DNA of 64,000 nt from a virus. The notes beneath the pieces were generated by a model. It was not told the DNA's origin, made no database searches, and saw only the letters and a list, made by a program, of their open reading frames with translations. Numbering within the stretch: the first letter of the stretch is position 1; every line of letters begins with the position of its first letter. Shown one piece after another: positions 19,333-30,592 of the stretch. The position numbers were made by a program, and so were the translations under genes. Where the stretch lies: IMG/VR virus record IMGVR_UViG_3300001765_000052; one strand, 5' to 3'.

Positions 19333-21486
19333 ATGGAAAAAAAAATGAAAGACAAATACATTAATCCGTTTGTTAAGAACATAAACGAATATAAAAGAGA
19401 TATCGACATTCTGGGTAATTACATGAAAGAATGTGTAAACTATTTACACATTAGTACAGGTAGGCCAATTATTGAATGCCGAGATTTTGTAAATAAACAA
19501 CTCTCTACTGAAGGAAAATTTCCTTTTACAGATCCACAAGTTGTTTATTTAGATAGAATGACAAATGGTGACCGAGAGAAAAACACAACAACTCTATCTA
19601 AATACATTAAAGAAACTGTAGCAGCAAAAGAATTAATTGCACCTACTTTTACAACATACCTGCATCCAAGTATTAATACATCACTATTAGCGACATACAT
19701 TAGCGAAAATGTAAAAGCACGTAGTGTCGCAAAAAAAGCAATGTTTGCGGCTGAGACTGCGGGCGATATGTTATTAGCCAACATAAAGAAAATTGAACAG
19801 ACTAACAAAAAACTCGCAAATAATTCTGTATCTGGCGCACATGTATCACCTAGTAATCCTTTATATAATTCCACTGCACATTCTACTCTAACTAGTAATT
19901 GTAGAAGTACTGCTGGGTATGGTAATGCAAATAACGAAAAAATGTTAAGTGGTAACCGGCATTATTGGAGTCATGATATTGTTTTAAATAATATTGTATC
20001 TATAATAACACATACAGATTACGAGCAACTTGAAAAAATAGTTACATTGAATAATATACATCTACCATCGGTTAAAGAAACACTAGAATGTATTAAATAT
20101 TCTACATCACTATACTGGTGGGAAGAAAATTACTTTAAGAAAATAGAAACTTTTGTTTCTAAATTAACACCGCTTCAATGTGCTGCTTTTGTTTATACTG
20201 GCGATTTATATCATTTAAAAAAGTACAACGAAAAGTTTATAAGAAATTTTATAAAAACAATATCTTTAAAAATAAAAGGTACTCATCCGGACCCAGATAA
20301 ACAAATAAATGAAACTAGTGAATCTATATTAAATTTAGCACATCAAATTTGTGCTAATGAAACTAAAGGTATTGGTAAAAAATACACAAGCATCAAGGGC
20401 ACTGAAGCTTATCATACTTTAGCTTTAACTGTCCTTAATATAGAAACTATATTAATGCATCATTCAGATTTAATCAAAGTATTCTTTGTAAGTGATAATG
20501 TGCCAGCTAGTATGGCGTATTTTCCGGAAAGTATTAGAAGGAATGTATTAACTGGTGATACAGACTCTACGATTTTTACGGTGCAAGATTGGGTCATTTG
20601 GTATAAAGGTGAAGCTATTTTTGATGATGAAGCAATGGCTGTAGCCGCAGCAGTTGTGTTTTTAGCATCTTCTACAATTGCACATATTTTAGCAATCATG
20701 TCTGCTAATTTCGGTATTGTTAAAGAAAAATTACATCACATTGAAATGAAAAATGAATTTAGTTTTGATGTGTTTGTACCTACTCAACTAGGTAAACATT
20801 ACTTTGCAACTATTGGTTGTCAGGAAGGTAATGTTTTTGCCAAAAGAAAAAATGAAATAAAAGGGGTATATTTAAAATCATCTAACTCCCCAAAAGAGAT
20901 TAACAAAAAAGCAGTTGTAATGATGGAGAGTATTATGCAAACCGTTATTGACGGAAATAAAATATCTATAATTAAATATCTTAAATATGTAGCAGATATT
21001 GAGAGGGAGATTATGGTATCTATCCATAAAGGGGAATTTACATATCTTAAAACAGGTATCATTAAAGACACTGCAAGTTATGCAAACGATGGATCAATGT
21101 CACCATATCAAAATCATCTTTTTTGGCAAGAAGTATTTGGGCCTATTTATGGTTATGTAGAAAACCCACCTTATAGCACAGTAAAAATATCTACTACATT
21201 AGATTCTACATTAAGGTTAAAACAATGGATAGATTCTTTAGAGAATAAAGAATTTGCTCAAAGATTAGAAATATATATAAAACGAAATAAAAAGACATCA
21301 ATAACAACATTAAACATACCTACACAAGTATTAACAAGTGTAGGTATGCCTAAAGAGTTATTGGCTATCATTGATTTAAGAAAAATTGTTACTGACCTAG
21401 GAAAAATCTATTATATCTTGCTTGAGTGCCTTGGATTCTATTCTTATGAAAATAAGAAAAGAATACTAATATCTGATTACTATTAA
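19333..21486 (+). CDS. Family B DNA polymerase, catalytic subunit of the split phiKZ-type enzyme
   Basis: K...NS.SG region III-like motif, TGDTDST motif C, GKHY and EIKGV; no exonuclease domain visible. Confidence 0.85.
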   Translation: MEKKMKDKYINPFVKNINEYKRDIDILGNYMKECVNYLHISTGRPIIECRDFVNKQLSTEGKFPFTDPQVVYLDRMTNGDREKNTTTLSKYIKETVAAKELIAPTFTTYLHPSINTSLLATYISENVKARSVAKKAMFAAETAGDMLLANIKKIEQTNKKLANNSVSGAHVSPSNPLYNSTAHSTLTSNCRSTAGYGNANNEKMLSGNRHYWSHDIVLNNIVSIITHTDYEQLEKIVTLNNIHLPSVKETLECIKYSTSLYWWEENYFKKIETFVSKLTPLQCAAFVYTGDLYHLKKYNEKFIRNFIKTISLKIKGTHPDPDKQINETSESILNLAHQICANETKGIGKKYTSIKGTEAYHTLALTVLNIETILMHHSDLIKVFFVSDNVPASMAYFPESIRRNVLTGDTDSTIFTVQDWVIWYKGEAIFDDEAMAVAAAVVFLASSTIAHILAIMSANFGIVKEKLHHIEMKNEFSFDVFVPTQLGKHYFATIGCQEGNVFAKRKNEIKGVYLKSSNSPKEINKKAVVMMESIMQTVIDGNKISIIKYLKYVADIEREIMVSIHKGEFTYLKTGIIKDTASYANDGSMSPYQNHLFWQEVFGPIYGYVENPPYSTVKISTTLDSTLRLKQWIDSLENKEFAQRLEIYIKRNKKTSITTLNIPTQVLTSVGMPKELLAIIDLRKIVTDLGKIYYILLECLGFYSYENKKRILISDYY

Positions 21487-21532
21487 ATATTGTCAAACAA
21501 AAAAACAACCTGTGCAAGGCTCTGTTTTTTGT

Positions 21533-22630
21533 TTAAAACGCATTTCTTTTTAATGAAGTTAATATATTTTCTATATAACCTTTAGCTTCATTATACAAAT
21601 CATTAGGTAACATTTCACCCATCATGTAATAAGAATTATTCATTCTGAATGATCTTAACATTTGATTAATTTGGCCTTGATTCCTACTTCTTAAATCATC
21701 GCCACAAATATCAAATAAAAAGTTAACTGTTTTTAACCTAGCAGCAATAGTTGACCACTGAACCTGCATTGTTGGTGCTAAATCAGGTAACATTAAATTA
21801 TCATACATGTCTCCATTATAAATAGAAGGTATTTGTCTTAGTACCACATCAAATCTTTTGTTGCATCTGTCTATATTGATAAGTATTTTATCAATAGCAA
21901 TATCCATATATGCTTCATAATCCATCATTGCAAATGAATGGTTTCTATATGTAATATTTTTACCATCATTGAGTTTATAAAATTTATTGTATAGTCTATT
22001 AAATATACATAAATCTAATTGTTTAGATAACATATTCGGTAATACATATCCAGCTATAAACTGCATAATTGTTTTACCCGTTTGTAATCTTCTTTGTTCT
22101 CTCCAAAATGCTCTATATTGAACAGCTAACATAGGCACATTTATTAATATAACTGTTAAGCCTTTTTCTTTTGAATAACTTAACCCGTTTGGTAAATGAA
22201 TATCTAAGTCTGATTTTGGATGTAAAACTGTAGTTACTGCAGATACATTTTTCCAATTTCTATTTACTTCTTCAAAATCAAAAAAATCATCAATTGCAAT
22301 TAAAATTTCTGGATTATCTTCTCCATAAAAAATACCCCTATGAAGAATCCCTTTATAAATAGAAGAAGTCATTTTCATAACCATAGATAAATTTAAACTT
22401 ACCCTATCTACATTTGCATAATATCTTTCTAAATCTAGTGATTTTGGAATTGTTAATGATTGTAATAACCTTACTAAAAAGTGATTACTTTTGACACTTA
22501 AATTAGCTGTCTTATAAAAATTAGTTACTTTATTTACATTGTTCTGAAACCCTGTTTTTATAAAATTCCATTCTGGCGGTGTATTCACTCCAACATCTAA
22601 TTTTGGTGCATTTAAAAATAGTTCAAACAT
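21533..22630 (-). CDS. Conserved phiKZ-like (probably virion) protein
   Basis: Reverse-strand gene between polymerase and chimallin, as in relatives. Confidence 0.5.
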   Translation of the reverse strand: MFELFLNAPKLDVGVNTPPEWNFIKTGFQNNVNKVTNFYKTANLSVKSNHFLVRLLQSLTIPKSLDLERYYANVDRVSLNLSMVMKMTSSIYKGILHRGIFYGEDNPEILIAIDDFFDFEEVNRNWKNVSAVTTVLHPKSDLDIHLPNGLSYSKEKGLTVILINVPMLAVQYRAFWREQRRLQTGKTIMQFIAGYVLPNMLSKQLDLCIFNRLYNKFYKLNDGKNITYRNHSFAMMDYEAYMDIAIDKILINIDRCNKRFDVVLRQIPSIYNGDMYDNLMLPDLAPTMQVQWSTIAARLKTVNFLFDICGDDLRSRNQGQINQMLRSFRMNNSYYMMGEMLPNDLYNEAKGYIENILTSLKRNAF

Positions 22631-22883
22631 TTGACATAATCCGTTTTTAGTATAATGACTGTGCTACATACAATTGTAAAATAGCATACTTAATAAAAAA
22701 ATATTTTAAATGTTCTATTATATAGAAGGTGATTGTACAAATTATCTTCAAACTAAAGACTTCATCGTCTTTAGCAACAGGTACTATATTGTTTTTTAAT
22801 GTCAGTTAAAAAATAACTAACTGATATCATTAATTGCATTACAATGTACTCCAAAATTAGTAATCGTATCCTAAACAAATATG

Positions 22884-22903
22884 ACCATATATTACTAATT
22901 TGG
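22884..22903 (+). promoter_or_regulatory. Early promoter of chimallin
   Basis: catatattactaatttgg containing TATATTAC at 22888-22895. Confidence 0.75.
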
Positions 22904-22971
22904 TTACTGTAAAGTACCCGATAAGTTTGCAAACCTATCTATCAATGTTTTTTAATTAAAAGGAAATTAAA

Positions 22972-24858
22972 ATGGCTATCAATGATCCGTCTAACAATTA
23001 TGTACAACCAATTGTGCAAAATATGCAAAATACTAATCAAAACACTACACAAAATAATAATCAATCAGCACCTGTCCAAACACGGTCAATGTCTTTTTTA
23101 AGAATGGGGACTGTAGGTGGGTTGTCGCGTACACCTACTGCTGAGATTCTACTTAAAGCTATGAACGCTTTAAACGAAGAAGCTAAGCGAATCGTAGAAA
23201 ATCCATGGGAAGTTTCATTGCTCCCTATGGATAATGCCAAGGAAACCAACTTGGCATTCAGTGGTATTATTATTGCTGTTCGTAGAACCGATGCAGTTAA
23301 ATCTGTAGGCGTTTGCTATCATACACTTATCTTGGAAGGTTCTGGGGAACCTCTAACGCCACGCATAGAACATTACGATGGACAACAGATTGAAGTAATT
23401 CGGGCAACTGGTGATGCATTCGATGAGATTTATAAAAAATGTGTACATGACGCGGTTACAAAAGCTTTTCCAGGTGTCATTTGTAATGTGCAGCATACAC
23501 AAGTAGTTCCACGGCATTTTGATTTTGAAAATAAAGATGCTGTACATACATTATTATTAAATGCACAATTACCGTGCTACACGTATCTCGAAACAAGGTC
23601 AGCAGGGTTTACAGATATGAACTTGACTTTGTTTGAACGTGATTCAACATTAGCAGTAAGGATTGGTTTTAACGAACCACAGAAAACAGATTACGCTGGA
23701 CTTCCTGTACGCAACGACATCAATATCACATTGAGCGCTAACTCTAATAATAGGAATAACCAACTATCAGCTGTAAATACACAAGAGCGTAGTGTCAGTA
23801 TTGCAAGCACAGGTGGATACATTGATCCAATCTGGGCTCCGCCTAATAATAATCCTTATAATACAGCGCCTCAACCAAAATTTGCGGCCAGATTCGTTAT
23901 TACAAACATGGAGAATGTAACACAAACAACTGCTGCATCTCAATTACTTGCACTGGTATCAAGTTTGATCCTTAATGAAAACGACAATTGGTACCCATAT
24001 TTTCTACCGCGACCACAAACTGTCAACAGTAAAAGTGGTGTTGATTTACGTGACATTGGTGCAATTAATATCGAAGGTAATTTCCGTAATAACACTGACG
24101 GTTACGATGTATTCGTTGATACCAAAGCTGCTTCATTTACACCGAAGGAACTGTGGCATCTAATTAAATGTACATTTATTCCAGGTATCCATTTCTCACT
24201 TCGTGTTAGCGAATGCGGTGCGGACACATGGTATAATGCACCATTCTTAGCAGCGGCAATGAACGATAAGAATGCTATTGCTTCTATTTTACATGGTGCT
24301 AATGTTTTAACTGGTCAAGTGTTTGGTCAATTCTACGGGACAAATGAATCACCAGTGTTAATTAATAATGAACGTGTGCATCTGGGATATTATACGGGTA
24401 GCGACGGTACGAAACGTGACATCGCTGACATCGATTATCTTGCTGTTATGAATAAGGCAGGTAAAACAGATCCACGTGTTGGTGCAAGATGGACTAATTC
24501 ATTCTTACGAGCATCATTAGAACCATCTTCAATTAACATGTGCCTAGCCGACCGTAAAAAGATGATCGAAGATGTCGTGGGTACAGATGTTACATATACT
24601 GGATTTGCAAGAATTGTTACATTTACAAATAGATTTACTAAAGCACTATCAGATGCTTGTATTCAGGTTGGGTTGGATATTCGTACTATCAATTCCAATA
24701 TGAATGGTACACAGTACATGCAACGTTCAAGCGCTAATTTTGTGAATCAAGTTCAAATGAATCCTAATTCTTCTGGGATTTTTAACCAAGGTTATAATAA
24801 CCAGTTTAATGGATACCAACCACCAAACATTTACCAAGGGGTAAATTCCTGGATGTAA
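22972..24858 (+). CDS. chmA: Chimallin, nuclear shell protein (phiKZ gp54-like)
   Basis: 628 aa, immediately upstream of the nvRNAP beta' gene, early promoter and strong RBS; LRDIGAINIE, HLGYY and RDIADIDYLA motifs. Confidence 0.8.
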   Translation: MAINDPSNNYVQPIVQNMQNTNQNTTQNNNQSAPVQTRSMSFLRMGTVGGLSRTPTAEILLKAMNALNEEAKRIVENPWEVSLLPMDNAKETNLAFSGIIIAVRRTDAVKSVGVCYHTLILEGSGEPLTPRIEHYDGQQIEVIRATGDAFDEIYKKCVHDAVTKAFPGVICNVQHTQVVPRHFDFENKDAVHTLLLNAQLPCYTYLETRSAGFTDMNLTLFERDSTLAVRIGFNEPQKTDYAGLPVRNDINITLSANSNNRNNQLSAVNTQERSVSIASTGGYIDPIWAPPNNNPYNTAPQPKFAARFVITNMENVTQTTAASQLLALVSSLILNENDNWYPYFLPRPQTVNSKSGVDLRDIGAINIEGNFRNNTDGYDVFVDTKAASFTPKELWHLIKCTFIPGIHFSLRVSECGADTWYNAPFLAAAMNDKNAIASILHGANVLTGQVFGQFYGTNESPVLINNERVHLGYYTGSDGTKRDIADIDYLAVMNKAGKTDPRVGARWTNSFLRASLEPSSINMCLADRKKMIEDVVGTDVTYTGFARIVTFTNRFTKALSDACIQVGLDIRTINSNMNGTQYMQRSSANFVNQVQMNPNSSGIFNQGYNNQFNGYQPPNIYQGVNSWM

Positions 24859-24949
24859 TGAGCATATATTAAAATGACAAAACATGTGTTCTAATATTAG
24901 AACACATGTTTTTGTTATTAAAAGATATTTTTTAATAAAGGAAGTTGAA

Positions 24950-26179
24950 ATGGGTGTCTATTTAGCATTGCAAAATAATGACGAAATATTTAATAGATCA
25001 ATAGTAACACCAATTATTATTAACGATCTCAACACTGCCACACAAGCCGATAGAGATTATATTGATAAGCTGATATCAACTAGTTATGAAACTGATATGC
25101 TTAGCAATGAGCCGTCATGTGCATGTGGACAAATCACTGGTGGGTTTGAGTTAAACGTAATTTGCCCAAATTGTAAGACAAGTGTTAAAGAAATATTTGA
25201 TCAAGAATTGCAAACACATGTATGGATGAGAGCCCCTAATGGTGTACGTAAATTTATAAACCCTATGATACTAACACAGTTAAGTGTTAGATTTACAAAA
25301 TCTAAATTTAATTTAATCGAATGGCTTTGTAATACAGATTATCAACCAAATGTTAATAGACCTGATGAATTAGGGCTATTAATTGATTTGGGTGTAAAAA
25401 GAGGATACAATAATTTCATTGATCATTTTGACGAATATATAGATATTTTGTTTTCGCTTAATAGACCAAAGTTAAAAAAAGATATTGAAGAAGATTTACA
25501 AAAACATATCCGAATAAATAGAGATAAGTGTATGAGTTGGCATTTACCATTACCAAACAAATCTTTATTGGTAATAGAAAAAACAGAAGTAGGTATATTT
25601 GTGGATCCGATTGTAGTTGGTGCAATTGATGCAATTAGAACAATGTGTGGAATTGACACAAAACTAATAAATTTTACACAAAAACAAAAAGAAAATCGGG
25701 CAGCAAAAACATTATTTATTCTATGTGAATTTTGTAATGATATTTACCACGATATTTTGTCAAGTAAAAACGGTTTGTTTCGGAAACATATTTTTGGTAG
25801 CAGAAATTATTTTTCAGCGAGGACAGTTATATCGTCTAATACCAAGATACACAAGTACGATGAACTACATATATCTTGGGGTGTAGGTGTCACCATGTTA
25901 AAAATACATTTAACAAATAAGTTATTAAAACTAGGGTGGGTTCCGAATAATATATTTGGTTTACTACAAGAATCTTCGTATAAGTACAATGAATTACTTG
26001 ATAACTTATTCAATGAATTAATCAGAGAAAATCCAGAGGGTGGTATACCAACAGCTTGGGGTAGAAATCCTTCACTTTCTCGTGGATCACTTCAAAAAAT
26101 GAGAATAACAAAAGTTAAAACAGATGTAGATGATCCAACAATCACTATGTCTATATTAGCTGTTAAAGCTTATAATGCT
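24950..26179 (+). CDS. Non-virion RNAP beta' subunit (gp55-like), exon 1
   Basis: Zn finger CACG..CPNC, GLFRKHIFGSR, GRNPSL; ends at YNA, the start of NADFDGD. Confidence 0.9.
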
Positions 26180-27607
26180 TAACGTATAATTAAAACCTTG
26201 AACACATATGTTATGAATAATAAACATAGGTGTTACATGAATAATAGAGTATATAAAACTGATATAAAAGAATGTGAAGAAAAACTAGGTTTTTATTATT
26301 TAAATGAAAATTTAATAATAAATAAAAACTCTGACATATTTGATTTAAATTCAAACGAATTTTGTATTCAAAAAGAAAATGCAATAGGGTATAAGCTTTT
26401 TAATAACAAGTTAGTTCATATTTTAATGTGTGAAACGTTTTTAGTTAAACCCGAATCTGATCATATAGGTAAAGTGTTTGTAAATCACATTAATGGAATT
26501 AAAAATCAAAACCAATTAGATAACCTAGAATGGTGCACGCCTCAATATAATTGTAATCATGCGTATGAGAATGATTTAAGAACAGATAACATACGTGTAT
26601 TAGTTAAAGATTTATTAACAAATGAAATCACAGAATATCGCAGTTTATGGGCTTGTGCTAAAGCAATGAATTTAAATGGTTCACATATTTGGCACTGGAT
26701 TCAACCAAAACAATACGGTATTATAAAATTAGATCATTATTTGTTTATAAAAAAAGGTCAAGATTGGCCTATTGTAAATATAAATAATGCTAATGAATAT
26801 AAAAACGGTGATTCTAAAAAAGTTATATTAATCGATGATTTAAATAAAGTGTATTTATTTAAATCAATGTCCTCAATAAAAGATTACATTGATATTAATA
26901 TTGGTACATTTGCAATTATGAAAAGATTGAGAACAGCTAAAGAAAAAGGATTAGCTTATTGCACAATTGATAATTATAAATTAATGTATTTAAATGATTA
27001 TAAAGATTATAAGTTAGAAAATACGATAACTTTACCACAAAAAAGATTTCGTGGTAATACCGTATCCCCTAGAAAGCAATATAAATTAAATGTTACTGAT
27101 TTAAATACAGGTAATATAAGAATTGTTGAATCTAGCGATACTCTAGCTAAAGAACTTAATATCAGTAGACGTACCTTAATGAATAGAATCTTCCATAAAA
27201 AAGGAAGAATAAATAATTATTATATCGAATACATTCGTTAGTTTTATATACTCTGTTAAAAAAGGAAATAATTATACAAGGCTACTATGTTAGTAATGAC
27301 ATATGTAAAATCCATTGAATTGCTGGGATAACTTGTTAAACTCATTAACTACTACTAATCGAAAGGTGAAGCGAATGTTTGAAAATAATGAGGTAGAGTC
27401 AATCAGCAGCTAAGATCCTAAGGTAGTAAAATCACATATTACTACTATGGATAAAGTTCAACGACTATCCCGTAAGGGAGTAGGGGTTAGTAATCCCGAA
27501 GCAGTGGACCCCTAGTAATAGGGTGAAGATATAGTCTGTTCTATATGGAGACGTATAGCAGGTGTCATAACACACCGGGTTAGATTAACGACCTAACTGG
27601 ACAAAAG
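26180..27607 (+). mobile_element. Group I intron 1 in beta' with an HNH gene in the P1 loop
   Basis: Exon ends in U; gtataat (26184) pairs with attatac, followed by aaggc (27271-27282) giving the U.G splice pair; core motifs aattgctggga, aatcagcagc, gttcaacgacta, aagatatagtct; terminal G. Confidence 0.88.
26198..27241 (+). CDS. Intron-encoded HNH homing endonuclease
   Basis: VNHINGIKNQNQLDNLEWCTPQYNCNHA; C-terminal NUMOD1-like helix-turn-helix units. Confidence 0.88.
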   Translation: MNTYVMNNKHRCYMNNRVYKTDIKECEEKLGFYYLNENLIINKNSDIFDLNSNEFCIQKENAIGYKLFNNKLVHILMCETFLVKPESDHIGKVFVNHINGIKNQNQLDNLEWCTPQYNCNHAYENDLRTDNIRVLVKDLLTNEITEYRSLWACAKAMNLNGSHIWHWIQPKQYGIIKLDHYLFIKKGQDWPIVNINNANEYKNGDSKKVILIDDLNKVYLFKSMSSIKDYIDINIGTFAIMKRLRTAKEKGLAYCTIDNYKLMYLNDYKDYKLENTITLPQKRFRGNTVSPRKQYKLNVTDLNTGNIRIVESSDTLAKELNISRRTLMNRIFHKKGRINNYYIEYIR

Positions 27608-27619
27608 GATTTTGACGGT
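27608..27619 (+). CDS. beta' exon 2: 12-nt micro-exon encoding DFDG
   Basis: gat ttt gac ggt lies between the terminal G of intron 1 and P1 of intron 2; completes NA-DFDG-D. Confidence 0.88.
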
Positions 27620-27935
27620 AAATTTACCTGCCGTGACTAAACTTTCTAATTGCTGGAAACTCTCGTTAGACTAATATACCAAAGCAGATAGCGAAAGCTA
27701 AGATGTGATGAATTCAGGTTTGAAAAATATTAGGTAGAGACAATCAGCCCCTAAGTTCCTCTATGTAGAAATGCAGTGGAAAAAGGCCAACGACTAGAGC
27801 GTAGGCTCGTACACTCAAGTGAGTGGAAACGGAAGTTACTATTAAATATAGTAAAGATATAGTCTGTTCTATATAGAAATATATAGCTGTATTAATTATA
27901 CGGGATAGGATTAACGAACCTATTTGAACACAAAG
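27620..27935 (+). mobile_element. Group I intron 2 in beta', ORF-less, 316 nt
   Basis: P1 acggu/gccgu (27630-27634) with U.G; aattgctggaaactc, aatcagc, caacgactaga, aagatatagtct; ends acacaaag. Confidence 0.88.
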
Positions 27936-28163
27936 GATCAGATGAATATGATTTTAGCAATGGATAATGTAACTAGTAAACAACTTGAAACATTAGCTCC
28001 GCATAAAAACATGTTTAATTTAAATTCACCAAGAACTTTATCAAAAGCAGCTTCATTACCGAAACCAGTAGTGTCGACTATTAGCAACTGGTTAAATTAC
28101 AAGGATGATTATGTAGAGCCGAATGCAGAAGAGTATAATTTTCTACTGGAATTAAGTGTGTAA
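27936..28163 (+). CDS. beta' exon 3
   Basis: Begins DQMNMIL, matching DFDGD.M.; continues LAPHKN. Confidence 0.88.
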   Translation, partial: DQMNMILAMDNVTSKQLETLAPHKNMFNLNSPRTLSKAASLPKPVVSTISNWLNYKDDYVEPNAEEYNFLLELSV

Positions 28164-28172
28164 AGGATATTT

Positions 28173-28808
28173 ATGGAATATGCATTCCCGGTCAATAATT
28201 TTAGCGCAGATAGAGACTTTGATGCGTTTGTGTATCCGGAAACGCATCCGTCGACTTTAAATTACCTCAGAGATAAGTTTGATAACCTTAGCCAAACATT
28301 AACAGAACCTGCTCGTGTATTTATGCAAAAAGGTAGAGATTTATTTGAAAGTTTCAATAGCAGTGAAGCTATGCAGTATGCAAGGAATTTAGCAAATAAA
28401 TTTAATTCATCGAATAATATACAATTTGATAATGTTAAGCTACTGTATGGTTTAAATCAGTTTCAGAATGCAGGATTAGTTTCACAACGATGGATAATGG
28501 CCAATCCTGTTATTCGAGAAATGTATCACAATCAAAAAATAGATGGCTATAGTAATACATATGTGGATGTAGAACCAAACAATATAAAGGATAATCATTA
28601 CGATTACAAATGCGTAATGGATGGAATATTACAGGACACAGATGATGGCGGATACAAAATTGTTAGATATTTTAACGATTTAAAAGAAGGTGATCGTGAA
28701 CTTTCGTTAGATGAAAAAAGCGACATATTGAGATCGTGGAAAAATTTAGAGTATTTAGTTTTGCTATGCAAAGATGACCCAACTGGTCAACCTGGAGATT
28801 ATTTATAA
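28173..28808 (+). CDS. Conserved phiKZ-like hypothetical protein
   Basis: QRWIMANP..R.MY..Q..DGYS..Y and DDPT motifs; synteny. Confidence 0.55.
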   Translation: MEYAFPVNNFSADRDFDAFVYPETHPSTLNYLRDKFDNLSQTLTEPARVFMQKGRDLFESFNSSEAMQYARNLANKFNSSNNIQFDNVKLLYGLNQFQNAGLVSQRWIMANPVIREMYHNQKIDGYSNTYVDVEPNNIKDNHYDYKCVMDGILQDTDDGGYKIVRYFNDLKEGDRELSLDEKSDILRSWKNLEYLVLLCKDDPTGQPGDYL

Positions 28809-28865
28809 TCATGTTAGCAGGAGTAAATCCTGCTAACTATTTAAAAGAAAGTGTATTAATAAAGT

Positions 28866-29270
28866 ATGGTTACTACTTCATTAGCGACTTTATCAACATT
28901 AGGGTTTGTAAAAGACGCTATTACTAAATTTGAATTTTTGATAAGCCATTTCTTTTTGTCTGATTATAATCAGACATATTTGTATTACGGTAATGTCACC
29001 AGTTTACCGCGAATCATAGAAGAAAATGGTAATAACATAGACGGAACTATTTACGATATAAAAGAAAAATTAACTAAATATTTGAACAGGTACTATGATT
29101 CTAGTCAAATTGAAGTTTATTTAAGTGACCCGGCAAGTTTATCAGGTAGTGTATCTATTACAATTAGTGCGATTGTAATAGATAACGGAACACGAAAATC
29201 ATTTACACGTATGCTTCAAGCGTATGATGGAAAAGTTCAAGCAATTACTAAACTTAATAATTATGGATAA
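28866..29270 (+). CDS. Conserved phiKZ-like hypothetical protein
   Basis: 134-aa ORF in the core block. Confidence 0.5.
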   Translation: MVTTSLATLSTLGFVKDAITKFEFLISHFFLSDYNQTYLYYGNVTSLPRIIEENGNNIDGTIYDIKEKLTKYLNRYYDSSQIEVYLSDPASLSGSVSITISAIVIDNGTRKSFTRMLQAYDGKVQAITKLNNYG

Positions 29271-29817
29271 TTCAAAACCTAACCCAATTACGGAAATACA
29301 AAATAAACTCTTTCATGAAAGATTAATTTCTTTAAAGGAAGGATTTCAGGCTATGGAAACTACAGATGTAAGAACCCTACCTGAAATTATGTTTACTACA
29401 TATTTTCTACCATTGTTTAGTGGTGAGACTACTGAAAATTCAAATGAATTAATATCGCAATGGTTTATTATAGCAGGTACTAATTATAGTGCAGTCAACA
29501 TCGTGGATGCAAAAGGTAATTTTGTAATAAAGATACCACCGTTACATGACAGAAATGTATTTTCACCTATATTAAAGCGCAGTGAAGATATTGCTTATGC
29601 TTTCAATGTAGCTAGGGAAAAAGCAAGTTTAAGCCCTAACTTGGCAAAAAATATTATTCAAGAAGAATTGAATAATAGATACGACCATATGGTATCGCAA
29701 GAATTCATTGATTTAAAAAATGAATGGACGAATGTGTTTAAACATTACGGAAAAACCCAAGTTAATAATGTTAAATCAAAAAATGAGCATTCTGATATAG
29801 ATGAATTCGATTATTAA
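29263..29817 (+). CDS. Conserved hypothetical protein
   Basis: LPE..F...FLPLF and VNIVD..G.....IPPL motifs; acidic tail. Confidence 0.5.
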   Translation: MDNSKPNPITEIQNKLFHERLISLKEGFQAMETTDVRTLPEIMFTTYFLPLFSGETTENSNELISQWFIIAGTNYSAVNIVDAKGNFVIKIPPLHDRNVFSPILKRSEDIAYAFNVAREKASLSPNLAKNIIQEELNNRYDHMVSQEFIDLKNEWTNVFKHYGKTQVNNVKSKNEHSDIDEFDY

Positions 29818-30592
29818 ACCACTTAGAGTCTCGGTCGTTTCTGATGTTCATGAAAAAGAAACACTTGAAAGAAGTATACGTTTAAATATCGCCAGAGCAA
29901 TAGTTAGTAAAGATCCTCTAAACAAAGAAAGGATTACATATAATCCTAAAATTAAAGGAGTGTATATTATCTATTTAATTTCTACTGGACATATATACAT
30001 TGGTAGTACAAACGATTTATATAGTAGGCGAAACCAACATATTTTTAAATTAACCAGAGGAATTAGTAGCAATAAAAATTTACAAAAGAGCTATGTTAAT
30101 GTCGACAATATTATATTTATAATATACCCTACTAAAACGAGAGAGTTGGCTTTTAATTTAGAACAGAAGTTTTTAGATTGTTATGTTAATGATCCCAGGC
30201 TACTTAATATAGCAACAGATGCGCGATTAGCAGCTAAAGGGGTTTACCCAAATGAAGAAACTAGAGCAAAATTTAAAGCTGCTATGAAAATAAGAACTAG
30301 TAATCCTGAACATGGTGCCAATATATCTAGACACGTTAAAAAACGTTTTTTAAATCAAAATGAAAAACAAAAACAATCTGATAGAATAAAAAATGCTTGG
30401 GCAAACCCTGTAACTAGGATAAAAATGTTAGCTGCTAATAAACGAAAAGGAAAACCAGTAACTATAGATGATGTTATATATCCCTCTATAATCGATGCAA
30501 GTAAAGTACACCATCTAGATTCTACAATTATTATACGTCGCCTTAGAAGCCTTAAATACCCTTCATGGAGGTATTTAAATGAAACCACTTAG
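29801..30592 (+). CDS. Free-standing GIY-YIG endonuclease fused to a copy of the sbcD 5' end
   Basis: GVYII...HIYIGST..L.SR..QH; N-terminal KPLRVSVVSDVH identical to the next gene. Confidence 0.85.
   Translation: MNSIIKPLRVSVVSDVHEKETLERSIRLNIARAIVSKDPLNKERITYNPKIKGVYIIYLISTGHIYIGSTNDLYSRRNQHIFKLTRGISSNKNLQKSYVNVDNIIFIIYPTKTRELAFNLEQKFLDCYVNDPRLLNIATDARLAAKGVYPNEETRAKFKAAMKIRTSNPEHGANISRHVKKRFLNQNEKQKQSDRIKNAWANPVTRIKMLAANKRKGKPVTIDDVIYPSIIDASKVHHLDSTIIIRRLRSLKYPSWRYLNETT

Noticed and set aside
27924-27935. TTG start of a separate 79-aa gene
   Set aside because: Lies inside intron 2; the ORF is exon 3 of beta'
29801-30592. Intron or intein around the GIY-YIG genes
   Set aside because: No group I core motifs or intein termini; flanking genes are complete without splicing
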